From Catajapyx aquilonaris (lineage: Eukaryota): a DNA stretch of 54,249 bases. The stretch lies in NCBI GenBank assembly GCA_000934665.2, contig JYFJ02002604.1, positions 1-54,249 on the forward strand, written 5' to 3'. The position numbers were made by a program, and so were the translations under genes. Position 1 is the stretch's first letter. Each line of letters starts with the position of its first letter. The notes under the pieces were generated by a model, which worked only from the letters and a program-made list of their open reading frames with translations, was not told the origin of the DNA and searched no databases. Below are positions 1 through 11,634 of the stretch, piece by piece.

Positions 1-29
1 AGAGAGAGAGAGAGAGAGAGAGAGAGAGG
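1..29. repeat. (AG)n microsatellite
   Basis: Direct reading. Confidence 0.95.
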
Positions 30-94
30 CAGATACCCTTGCAAGCATGACTACCGGTGTCAAATAACAATAAGTAATATTGTTACTTTATATT

Positions 95-350
95 GGGCGG
101 CATGGTGGCGGAGTGGTTAGCACCACAGCCTTCCATCTCTTAAGGTCCCGAGTTCAATCCCCGGATCGGACAGAGGATACTTATGTGGATAGAGTTTCGA
201 TGGGTTCTCTCTGTTTTCTCGGGGTTCGCCCATTTCCTCCCACTATTAAAACCCATCACAGCAAAGGCAATGATTAAAGTCGGTTAATTAAAAAGATGAT
301 CCCCTAAAAAGCCCAAGGAGGCTTATCATGGGGTATCCATTATTATTGTT
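95..350 (+). mobile_element. tRNA-derived SINE family A (V-domain-like body)
   Basis: A box TGGCGGAGTGG, B box GAGTTCAATCC, body ending TTTCCTCCCAC, (TTA)n tail; second copy at 26299-26556 (-). Confidence 0.8.
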
Positions 351-879
351 ATTTTATTGTTACTCATTTGTTTTGCTGCGGCAGCGGCTGAGTTTATCAA
401 CGTACTCCATGTTTAAGTGTGAGATACTCCTGTCTGGTACTTGGGGTCTCTGGTCAGGTGGAAAGCAACAGGATTTTAAGTACAATTGGATGAGTGCCAT
501 TTCCTGTTTGTTTGAAAATTTTAAGAGTGATTAGCAAAATGAAATGGCTGGCCTGTTGTCAATGGCATGTAATGGTCAAAATTGCATTTACATACTGCAT
601 CTAGGATTGATCTAAAAGGATATGGCAATTTAGGTCACAGCTTAGAAGTGATTCACTACCAGTGGCAGAGTCGATGCATTCCAATGGCCAATCATCATCA
701 TCATGTGTATATTTATCATGGTCGGCCTGCAGCAACGGCCAATTGGCCGACCAGCAATGCCTTCACATTTCATTTATCTACATTTATGCACACATGCAAA
801 AAATCATATATAGGCCTACCACACAAATACATTAAGTACCGGTAATGACTTCATATCTAGAGAAAAAAAAATGATACAA

Positions 880-2740
880 ATGGCTGATTGCTCTTTCACT
901 ACAAGATAATACTACCCAATATAATACTCAATATAATACATCATTATTCTCTCAGTACCCACCCTCGTTCTCTTCCCAGGGTCTACCCATCACTTTGTAT
1001 CTCCATTTCTTTACCAATGCATGGAGGTACTGGCATAAGCTCTTCTTAACATCAAGTAAAAATAAATACAGCTCTTCTAAACCTGTCGCTTCTTCAACTC
1101 TCTGGACCCATAACAACCTCTCTCTATCCATGGCCCTGCAATCCCTCATTATATGCACCAGACCCTCCTCATCCGCCCCACACAAATAGCATTTTCTTTC
1201 CCCGTCCCCTAGCCGCCACCAATTGCTTCTGGTGAGCGTTCCACATCTCAGCTTTGCTATGACCTTGAGGAATTTAACGTTGTCCCTTTTCAAATAGTCC
1301 TCTTCCCTTGGCTCCTTTTTAAGGCACTTATAGTCTGTCCAGTTCTCTGAGGCATTTATTCTGGCCCACCTTTCCGCAACCGTTCTGTCTTTTAGATCAT
1401 TTAGCAATCCTATCCTCTTTTCCTCCCAAGTCTTCCTCTGCCACTCTTTGTCATCTTCCGCACCCCATTCCGCTTCCTTTCTTAGTCCTTCCACTATAAC
1501 TGATTTCCCTCCCCCTCATCCTCATCATCTCTGTCCATATCCTCCCCAACAGAGTGCCTTGATCCATACTCTCAATTTTGGCCATCCAACGTAATGCCCC
1601 GCCTATTGCCACCACCTGCACCTCTACCATATCCGTTTCAGTCAATACAATATACCCTGGGGTATTTTTGGACATCCGAAGCCATCCTTTTATAAATCCC
1701 TCCTGAACACACTCCAGTGCTGGTCCCACCTTCAATCCCCAAATCTCCGCCCCTTGCAGGAGAATGGTTCAGACCAAGGCATTGAACAAACTCTTGACCA
1801 CGCCTGATTGCTCAAATTTTTTCTCCCTACATATTCTTCTCATATTTTCCAGCCCCATACAAGCTTTCCTCCTCAGATATTTGAGGTGTTCTGGACGACA
1901 CCCCCCCCCCCCNATTTGTAGTGAACCAATACAGATATTTTGATTGACACACCACCTCTATACCCTCCCCCAGCCCCCTGCAACTGCCTCTCTTTTCACA
2001 TGCGCTTAGCAAGTCCCCTACCCCTGGATGTGGAGCCCTGTACCAAATTGCATTCGGGTGGCTGGTGCTGTGGATCTGCAAACTGGCACTGAACGGTTCA
2101 GAAGTCGTTCACCCGAATGCGATTTGGTACAGGGCTCCACATCCGACTATGCGGGACTCCACATCCGGGGATGAGGGACTTGCTAAGCGCAAGACCTTCC
2201 CCATATGGCTAGATAGGAAGTTGCGAGGGGCTGCCCTCCCCTTTCCAGTACCACTCGACCTTCCTAGACATCCTCCCCCATTCCTGAAGACCATGACTTT
2301 TTGTTTTCTTTACATTCAATACTAAGGAATTTATCTCCAAATATTTCTCCACCTGCTTTATCATTCCACTGAGCTGCTCTCTCTCTTCAGCCACCATCAC
2401 CATGCCATCAGCAAACATAAGACCCCACATCTTTTTCCTTCCCAGCCATGCTCCTCCCAAGTTTTCCCTTTCTAGCATTTGTAACCAATCATTTACACGT
2501 ATAGCATGAAGAGAAGAGGGCTCAGGGGACAACCCTGCCTCGCTCCTTTTGTCGTCCAGAATATCCTCCCCTCTTTCCTCACCCTGTTTGTTGTTTCCTG
2601 ATAATGTTGCGAAGAATCTTCCATGTTTTCCCTCTGAATATCCCATAATTTGTCCAACAATTTAATCCTATCTACTGAGTCAAAGGTGGCCTTTAAGTCT
2701 ACATACAATGCATACAGCTTTTCCCTCTTCCTGCTAAACC
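880..2740 (-). mobile_element. Degraded non-LTR retrotransposon (LINE) RT and C-terminal Zn-knuckle fragment
   Basis: YVDLKATFDSVDR, KGARQGCPLSPLLFMLYV, LMFADG, KCYLCGADEEGLVHIMRDC across frameshifted ORFs. Confidence 0.9.
1971..2233. mobile_element. hAT-like MITE inserted in the LINE
   Basis: TIR CAGCCCC(c)TGCAACT / AGTTGCGAGGGGCTG, 8-bp TSD CCCTCCCC, long internal inverted repeat; removal rejoins LINE peptide WKGEG-IEVV. Confidence 0.85.
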
Positions 2741-3199
2741 AATCAAATACTACAATTGGTAATTTTAAAAATAAAAAATAAAAAGTTTTCTGCATGATCA
2801 CTTTTTGATTTGACCTACACAAATAGCATTGCCTGATGGTGCCTATTGATAATTATGTATGATATACACACTCTTTTAACCCTCATAGGATGGGCATATG
2901 GTGTATGATACAGCAGTAGAAAAAAATTATGCTGGGAAGACCCTGATTGTTTTTCTTAATCATGAATGAATTTTTATTTTTATTTTTTTAACACCCTTGA
3001 GGCCTTCTGGCCTATGTAGGGGGGAGATTTTTCCACCATTTTCTGACTCTCCAGTGCTGGGATAGAGGGGGGGACAGTGGTGCAAGTGCAATGTCTCATG
3101 GTGGAGGACGTGTGCAGTCCCTCAGAGGGCTAGGTTGACAAGACGACCCTCTAGATGCGGGTCAGAGACCTCCCACAAAAGCCGCACCTCCTCCAGTAT

Positions 3200-3388
3200 G
3201 GGACAGGGATAGGAAAGGCAGGAAGCGGCTGTGGCCTACTAATTTAGGAAACAACTCCGGTATTCACCTGGGGTGACCGTGGGAAACCACAGAAAACCAC
3301 GGTCAGAGTTGCCGGCCTGGGGATTCGATCCCTGGACCTCCCGATTCGCAGCCGGATACCAAATCCCCTCGGCTACTGCTGCTTCGGT
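3200..3388 (-). mobile_element. tRNA-derived SINE family B
   Basis: Minus-strand tRNA-like head (GGTTCGAATCC-type B box) plus body GGCCACAGCCGCTTCCT; related copy at 26890-27072. Confidence 0.7.
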
Positions 3389-3846
3389 ATCATGAATGAA
3401 ATCATGAAGATCATGAACTATGTTTTGCACAGAACTCTTAAATCACAACACAAAGTTACATTAGCATATTGCTAGGTAGGGTCATATATGGAGATTACCA
3501 GTTTCATAATGGTATAACCTCGCAAACCTCGAGATCTATGCTGGCGGTAGCTTTGTCTGCTGCCATGGTCTCCCAATTCGCCAAGTCGGATAGGTCTTTG
3601 TGGTAGGAGACAGACTTATAGAGAGATACCAGTCTTTCCTCTCCTCTGTTTTCTCTTCATTTCTGTCTCCATCTGTCCCACTATTGTATCTTCTAATAGC
3701 CATATGACTATAATTGCTTTGACTCCTTCCTAATGAAACAAATGAACACAAAATGCTGCTGCAGTAACAAGCAAATTGAGGGCCTAGGGTAGACACCAGA
3801 GGTAACCTGCCCATTGGGTAACTTGTTGTTTACTTCTAACATGTTA

Positions 3847-4942
3847 GGGGAGACCGGGGCACAGTGGACCACTTTTGCACATTTGAATTTTTATATAACT
3901 ACCTGTTATACCTACACACCCCATATTTTCAGGCATGGTGGAGACACTCCTTGGTAATATAAGTCACTACTATATTCACAGGCAGTGCCATCCTTTTGGC
4001 TTAAAAAAAATTTAGATGCGACCCCCTGCAAATGGTCCACTGTACCCCGATAGGTGGGGCACAGTGGTCCGGAAGTGATTGGGACCCCTAATTCACACAA
4101 GAAGTTTATTATCATTGCCTAACATTTTTTTTACAGCTGTTCAATTTGAGGACTGTGTCAACATCACAGTTTTGCCCCTTTTTTCTACCTAATTCACATT
4201 AAAAAAATCATTGTCTCACTTTTTTTTTACAGTTGTTCATTTGGAGGGTGGTTTGTCAAAATCACAGTTTTGCCCTTTTTCTACCTAATTCACATTTTTA
4301 AATAATTGTCTCCAAGTGGGTAATCACTCCGGTACTCCGGTGTACACCTGGGAGTGGTACTCCCCGGTACTCCTCAGGCACCTCACTCTTTATTACTCCG
4401 TGGTACTCCTTAAATGTGGTACTCCAGTGTACACTTTTCAGTCGAGTGATTACCCGCTTGATTGTCTCACTTTTTTTTACAGCTGTTCATTTCGGGACAC
4501 AGTGTGCATTTCGGGGCACAGTGGTACTGTACATGGACCACTGTGCCCTGCCAACGACTGGACCACTGTGCCCCGGACAGTAGCAACTGACATAATGCTA
4601 TGATTGTAACTTCGATTGCAAGTTAGGCTTACCAAACTTGCGGTAATTCATGGGCAAAGGGCGGCACTATTCCACCAGATTTTTATATCAGGCTCATGCC
4701 CAACATCTACGCCTGAAGTGGCATTTAAACTGTGGGTTAGTAATTTACTTCACTTATCTTCAAATCGACTTCGCTGGATATCTATCGATCGATCGATCGC
4801 TATCCGTTGCCAGCCATGTTGGCAGGAGCATGGCAGTGACTTGTTTCACTTGGTACCAGATGAAAAAAATTTGGCGGCTTTTTCGATTTTTAAAATGGAA
4901 AGGTCCACTGTGCCCCGTGGTCCACTGTGCCCCAGTCTCCCC
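3847..4942. mobile_element. pogo/Tc1-like non-autonomous DNA element
   Basis: TIR GGGGAGACCGGGGCACAGTGGACCA, TA flanks, repeated GGGCACAGTGG motifs internally. Confidence 0.85.
4313..4460. mobile_element. 148-bp MITE with CAAG termini and 8-bp TSD
   Basis: TIR CAAG(t/c)GGGTAATCACTC; TSD ATTGTCTC; internal GGTACTCC repeats. Confidence 0.88.
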
Positions 4943-5104
4943 TACATACTTACCACGGTAGTTACCCAGTGGGTAGTTATCTCTGGTATCAAGACTAGGC
5001 CCCATAATGTACAGCAGGGGACAATGAAAATTTGTCTATTGAAAAGTTGGTTATTATGTTGTCATATATGCTGTTGTTTATGATATATTAATATTTGATT
5101 CTAG

Positions 5105-5644
5105 GTTCGTGTCAAGCCAGACAAAAGTGGTGTAGTGACTGATGGCATCAAGCACTCCATGAACCCATTTGATGAGATTGCCATTGAGGAGGCTGTACGC
5201 ATGAAGGAGAAGAAGCTGGTCCAGGAGATTATAGCCTTCTCATGTGGACCAACCCAATGCCAGGAGACAATCCGGACAGCCTTAGCCATGGGTGCGGACA
5301 GGGGTATTCATGTGGAGGTGACGGGGAAGGAGTACGAGTCTTTACAGCCAATACACATATCCAAGATGCTGGCCAAACTGGCCCTAGACGAGAAAGCTGA
5401 CCTGGTCATTGTGGGGAAGCAGGCCATAGATGATGACTGCAACCAAACTGCACAGATGACTGCTGCAGTCTTGGACTGGCCCCAAGCCACATTTGCCTCA
5501 AAAATTGAAAAGGATGGGAACATGTTGACCGTGACCAGGGAAGTGGATGGAGGACTGGAGACCATCAAGGTTAAGCTTCCTGCAGTTGTTAGTGCTGACC
5601 TGCGTCTTAATGAGCCCCGATATGCAACATTACCAAACATAATG
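5105..5644 (+). CDS. ETFB: Electron transfer flavoprotein beta subunit, internal coding exon (first exon not found in window, presumably upstream)
   Basis: ag|GTT at 5105 to ATG|gtgagt at 5644; [30 protein letters not shown]...[12 protein letters not shown]...[16 protein letters not shown] is recognisably ETF-beta. Confidence 0.97.
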
Positions 5645-6640
5645 GTGAGTTAGTGATGCTCTTTTGCTGCATAACTGCAATGGTCAAGTCTTTGCAAATA
5701 CACCCCTTACTTTTATGACCTGTGATTCTATTTCAGAAAGTGTCAAGTAATGTATGTGAACTAACTGTACCAGTTATGCTTACTGTATATTCATGCATCT
5801 CAAGAGAAGTGTTTCTTAACCTTTTGACAGTGTGCAGCCCATTTTGGTCACATTTTTTCATAAGCAGTGTCATTCTTTGGGAGATCCAATGAATGCTTTA
5901 AATTGAGTAGGTTGGTGGAAGATCATATCCCAACAGATATTCAGAACGGAGATGATGTACTTAAAACATTGTAATGCCATCTGTCATCATTATATGGATG
6001 CTTAATGGGGATACTCGAATTTTGCCTAGCACAAAAGAACTGCAAACTAAGGGCTGTATTTTCAATGTCCTGGTAAGCTACGAAGGGGCGGAGCGAAGGG
6101 GAGTGTGACATCAAAGACACCCCCCCACACACACCCCAAAGCTGCAACCAGCTCGGGGGTTGCTACAACTTGCTATCTGGCTCAATATGGCCGATTACGC
6201 TGGATGTGGATGAACTAGTGAAGGCCCATTTTCGTAGGAACCGGATAATGCGGGACAGGCAAGGTGCTTTTAGGGTTGCCCGATGCCTAAAGACACAGTG
6301 TTTTTGTTATGTGAGGAGCTTGGCTAATTGCTGCAGCTGAAAAGCGCATTGCACTTGAGGCACTGGCTGACTTCCCAATTGAAAAAAAAAATAAGCATCA
6401 CGGATAATCTGCACCTGGATAATATATTGGGAGTACATTTTATTATCTTGATTATGCAGTCAAATCCCGATATCTCAAACCACCATGGGACCGAGAAAAA
6501 TATTCGACTTATTGAATATGGTGGGGAAAACAGCACCTGCACAAATTAAACACCTGTAGTATGTCTTTTACTGTATCTGTATAGTGTACAGTATTGTTTA
6601 TTGCTTTTATAGTGCCGAAACCTGTTTTAGGGGTTATAAC

Positions 6641-7372
6641 TAGAGTTCGGATTTTTAGGCAAATGCCTATTTAGTGCCTTAACAGTTGGGATCATTTTGT
6701 GAAGAGATCTATCCGTTTCATAAGTGCATGATGTGGAAAAGGTAGATTTTATAGTGCCTAAAATGGCCTATTTCGTGGTTTTGGGAACTATTTTGCCCAT
6801 TCTGGCGTTTTGCGACTTTTCATGCCTAGTTGGCCTTTTTTGGGATAGTTTTTGAACTTTTTGCAGTAATTTCAGGACTTTTTGAGCCTATTCCCGGCAT
6901 ATTCCTTCATAGGCATGTTTGGTTTTTGGAGGAGTATTTTTTGTGCTCCTGAAAGAACTGAAATCATTCAGAAGTAATACTAATCATGTTTCCGTGACAC
7001 GTATGCCAAATATTTGTCTAAATTTTCCTCTGATTGGGAAAATATTTGGTAACATATTGTGCAAGTCTGGTGCAAATGGAAACTGGCTATAAGCGGTAAG
7101 AGTCCAGAGCAAGTGATTCTTGCTTGCACTTTGTGTCTTTTGCCCAAGTTTTGTGATTTTCTGTCAGTTTATCGTTGTTATTCAATTTTTGCTCTGGTTT
7201 ACGACCTTATATTTATACTTTAGACCCATAAAATTACTCTGGCTTTTTTATTGCATGTACGGTAATTATCCTCCATATCCCCCCAAAAAAGGAACCTTTT
7301 TGTGCCGTTTTGAGGGTTTTTTTCTTGCCTATTTTGGGGTTTTTTTCGTGCCTAAAATAATTCTGGACTCTA
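6641..7372. mobile_element. hAT-like non-autonomous element
   Basis: TAGAGT termini, 8-bp TSD GTTATAAC. Confidence 0.8.
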
Positions 7373-7836
7373 GTTATAACAGCTCTGTGCAGTACGATAC
7401 AATAGTTTACATGTCACCACCACAAAGGAATGCATGAGTCACTACCTACAGGAAAGGGAGCTTAAAACACATGGCTTTCAGAGGGCTTTGTGCATTCTTT
7501 CGCGGCTTATTGAGAATTAATGAGCTGGGGTGGAAATCTCCAAGAATGAATCATACCACATGTTTGCCCAACGCAGGGCGCGCCGCAGCCGATTTTTTTT
7601 TTCTGGTTCAAGGTCACATCTCTTCCTTAACCCATAGAACAGTGCAATTTTGCACTGTTCTAGAGGATTTTTGCGAGTTTTCCACCGTTTTTTTTCTTTT
7701 TTTCAGTTTTTTCCCCCCTCTTTAGTTTTGGAATGGGGGGGGGGGGGGGGGGGGTTNCCCCCAAAACCCCCCCTTATCTACGCCCGTGTGTGCAGTACAG
7801 GGTTAATAGTGAAAGTGCTGTGGAGTTCACAAAATA

Positions 7837-8443
7837 CAGGGTGATCCAACTTTATTGCCCCAACAGTTATTGTAAAAATCACGTAAGCCGCTACTTTTTA
7901 AGCAGCTACTTGCTAAGAGTTACTTTCTTGAGTATCTGGAATAGCACCTGCTGATATTAGGGACAATGCCTATGTCGCCTACGTACCAATTAATGACCTA
8001 TTTATTGACACAACCAGGTCTGTCCTGTTCGACGGATTAGCCCTATGATTGGCAGCTAGTGACCTCATCTGAATCCCTCCAGCAAACACCAAAATGGGCC
8101 CTTTTGAAGGCCAACACATGAATCAGTTTGGAGATGAGGCAATATAAGGGATGATGACAGGCACATGGGCACCTTTCCATTTCAGGGTCGCAACAGTTCG
8201 CATCCGACCTATTGCGATTAACCCATTTGGCCAGTCACAACCCTGGCCGGCGCGGCAGACGACCTGTTTCCCACGGACGACCCTTTTTTCTCTCATTAAT
8301 TGGTACATGGGCATTGGACCTAATATCAGCAGGTGCTATTCCAGATACTTGAGAAAGTAACCCTTAGCAAATAGCTGCTTAAAAAGTAGCAGCTTATGCG
8401 ATTTTTCCAATAACTCTTGGGGCGATAAAGTTGGATGACCCTG
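7837..8443. mobile_element. Tc1/mariner-type MITE (CAGGGT termini, ~125-bp TIRs)
   Basis: TA|CAGGGTGATCCAACTTTAT...ATAAAGTTGGATGACCCTG|TA. Confidence 0.88.
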
Positions 8444-8681
8444 TATATTCGACTCACCTTGTATCGAGAAAAGCAAGTTACACAAATTCAATTTATTGGA
8501 ATTCAATTTGCATTACAGTATATGGAGAATCCGCCAATCCAAGATTTTCTTCGACTTATCGAGAATTTCGAGTTATCCGTATTCGAGTTATCGGGATTTG
8601 ACTACATTATTTGAAGCAGCAGTCAGTAGCCTATGTACAATAGTTCATTAAACACCTCTGAATAGCTCATTTTTAGGTATA

Positions 8682-9148
8682 CATGGTGTCCCTTACTAGT
8701 CGCTCTTCCGTCCGGCAGTGCACTCATTGGCCCAAAACAAGTCGTAAATGTAGGGAGGAGAAATGTCGAGGCAGTAACAGGTAACGAGATAAACACTGAT
8801 CAAGATGAGGTAGCCTCTAAGACAATCGTGGCCACCCACCCACTGCCTTTTGTGCGGGAGGAGCGGCAAACGGTTCGACTCCCTCGTGTAGGGGTTGCCT
8901 AGGGTGCAGGATATGAACCCGACATTGTGCCATGAGCATGAGACGACCTTGCTAAAGCCATTGCCTCTCCTCCCGCACAAAAGCCGATGGGTCGGTGGCC
9001 GCGATTGTCTTGGGGCAACCTCATCTTGATCATCGTTTATCTCGTTACCGGTTACTGCCTCGACATTTTCTCCTCCCTACATTTACGACTTGTTTTGAGC
9101 CAATGAGTGCCCTGCCAGACGGAAGGTCGACTAGTAAGGGACACCCTG
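8682..9148. mobile_element. Tc1/mariner-type MITE (~155-bp TIRs)
   Basis: TA|CATGGTGTCCCTTACTAGTCG...CGACTAGTAAGGGACACCCTG|TA. Confidence 0.87.
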
Positions 9149-10350
9149 TATAGAACCATTTGTGAGTTATCCGTGTTTTGTGGTTTTCTGGGCACACTCG
9201 TGCCCTAAGTAGCACTGATAATCGGGTGTACAGTGTACTACAGAGGAGGGGGATGCGGAGTGCATCGAGGAAACGAAGGGGAGGGGGGACAGAGGAGGAC
9301 TGGGCAACGGACAGAGAGAGACTGAACAAGTGAATGCTGCAGGGATCCCACCTTCTTTCGTGCAGAGTTGGGCCATCTCTGGCTTCGTTTCGGGTGGCAA
9401 TTTCCGATAGACTAAGCCACCCGGGGGAGTTCACAAAATGACCAATTAACGACAGCGCACATGCACTTTGCACATCCCCTCCTAATTACCCTTGGAGCAA
9501 TTAAGATATAAGTATATGTATCGCTCCAAACCACAAATGGTGGTAACCCACCCCCCCTAGAAATGGCCTATCGGCCAGATAACGGGGTACAGGAAAAAAA
9601 AAAAAAAAAAAAATGCTGCAGGGATCATGCAGTGCCTACTAACATGGGGAATTTTGTCTGCACAGCCCCCATTGTCTGGCTCTGGGTGAATCCAAAACAT
9701 CAGAGTTCACATCAGAAACACCGCGCCCGTGGAGGGAGGAGCCTCACCCTTGCTATAGGGTCGTGTGGTGCGAGCGAGATGGTCAAAATCGCATTCCTGC
9801 TACCTCTAGCAGCACAAGTGGCAACTTGGGACCGGAATGTCCACTTTAGCTAAGACGTTGAAAATACGGCCCTAAGCAGTATTTTGTGTTTTTTTGCACT
9901 GTGGTGCAAGATATTCACATTCCAAAGATTGATGCAGCCATAATACTTCAACTTGCTCTCTGATAAGTTGGGCAGGTTTGGATTTGCCCCGGCTTCTACA
10001 GCCACCTACTCAATTTTGGATTAGTATGTGGTTCCTAGTGGGCCATTGATTACAATTTAGCTACCACTGCTCTAGAGTAACACTTAAAAGTTATTAACTG
10101 TTGTATAGTTCTTTCATGTGTGCTACAAAAAATGTTGTAGGAATATTCAGCTATGGAAAGCAGTTGATGCTAAGGGCAGTAAGGTATTGTGGGTAAAAAT
10201 CAGGTAACCTGTCTACGTGGGCACTCATTGGAACGGGGTACCAATTGGGGCCAACCATTCCAGTCTGCTATAACCAAGAATCTGTTATTGTTATATCAGG
10301 AGTCAACTGTATTAGGCTGTATGGAAGCATTCATGCAGGCTTTGAATTGT

Positions 10351-10620
10351 AATGGTTTGGTTTGGTTTATTTGGAAGAAGCCAAAGCAACTATGGCTATC
10401 TGGCTATAGAAGATTCAGGTGGGACAGATGGAGAGAGAAACGAAGAGGAAAAAGAAGAGAGGCAAGACTGGTATCTCTCTTAGTCTGTCTCCTATCCCAA
10501 AGACCTGTCCGGCTTGGGTGGCCCTACCAGTAGACGAAGCTACCGCCGGCATAGCTCTTGGGGTCACGGGAGAAACACAAACCCCACCACTACGATAAGG
10601 TGGAAATACCATCGGGGGAG
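10351..10620 (-). mobile_element. RTE-5'UTR-derived short non-autonomous retroelement (other copies ~3510-3750 +, ~21652-21805 -, ~51915-52110 +)
   Basis: Sense strand contains CCTTATCGTAGTGGTGGGGTTTG..GAGCTATGCCG..AGGGCCACCCAAGCCGGACAGGTC resembling RTE/BovB 5' ends; (AAACC)n tail. Confidence 0.65.
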
Positions 10621-10889
10621 AATTGTAATGAATTTTGGAGACTAAGGCATTGCAAGTGGCCCTTTTTGCTCCCATGGCTACTTGAGGCCAGTGGTTGTAC
10701 CCATTTGCATTAGTTTAAAACAATACATCTATCCCATTTAATACTAGTCACGAATGTTTTTGATAGCCTCTAAAAGTAGCTATTCCACAGTACATGCTTG
10801 AAAATAAGTGCCTTAGTGCCAAAACATCGCCAACCACTACCGTTAATTCAGTTTGAATGTGCTGTTTAGTGAATTAATGTGACCAGATT

Positions 10890-11235
10890 GGGGAAGGTGT
10901 GGTGGCCGAGATGGTAACGTCTCGGCTTGCTGAGTGAAAGGTCCCAGGTTCGATCCCCGCCTGGGAGTTCCCTTTCACCCGCGTTGGGAGGGTCTCTAAC
11001 CTGCACCTTTGGAGCTGTCTGGCAACCTAACCTCCTGGGGGATTGCACATGACCCAACCTTGAGACATTTCACTTGCACCCATGTCCCCTCCTCAAAAAT
11101 CCCTATCCTCTCCCATTGTCCTGTTTCCTTGCACTGGAGATTGAAGAAAAAGTACAAGAAAATTGATGGTGGTGTACCACCCCCCAAAATGGCCTATGTA
11201 GGCCTATCACCGGGTAAAATAAATCAATCAATCAA
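10890..11235 (+). mobile_element. tRNA-derived SINE family C
   Basis: TGGCCGAGATGG A box, GGTTCGATCCC B box; aligns with 27987-28357 and 33347-33677. Confidence 0.85.
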
Positions 11236-11634
11236 AATTGACCAGGTTTGCACTACCAGAACAAATATGGCATTAGGCAGTTTTAATCAGTCTGGTCTGG
11301 GGTAGTTTTGGCACACAAACATGATTTTCGTAGTTTTTTTTACTAATTGTGTGCAAGTAGGATATTTTAAATATATTTATTTAATTTTTTAAAATTTTAT
11401 TACCCCTTGCTCAGGGCTATATTTTAAATATATTCTTCATCTGCAGTAAATATGCTCCAAGACATGAATTATTATTATTTGTGCCAAAAGTCCTGTGTTG
11501 GCTGCCATCTTTCTTTTATTATTTTTAAATTCTTTTACACACTTCCCACCTGCAAAAGGTCACAAGTTTGAATGGAACAACACTGCCATTGGAGTACAAA
11601 ATGCCCCTGCATATTATTTTGTGAATTGACCACT

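Larger units (their letters stand above)
6051..9872. mobile_element. Putative PIF/Harbinger-like element expanded by nested insertions
   Basis: GGGCTGTATTTTCAATGTC / GACGTTGAAAATACGGCCC termini, each flanked by TAA. Confidence 0.55.

Noticed and set aside
10890..10970. tRNA genes (here and at other A/B-box sites)
   Set aside because: Heads continue into shared bodies with tails and TSDs, so they are SINEs; no clean cloverleaf
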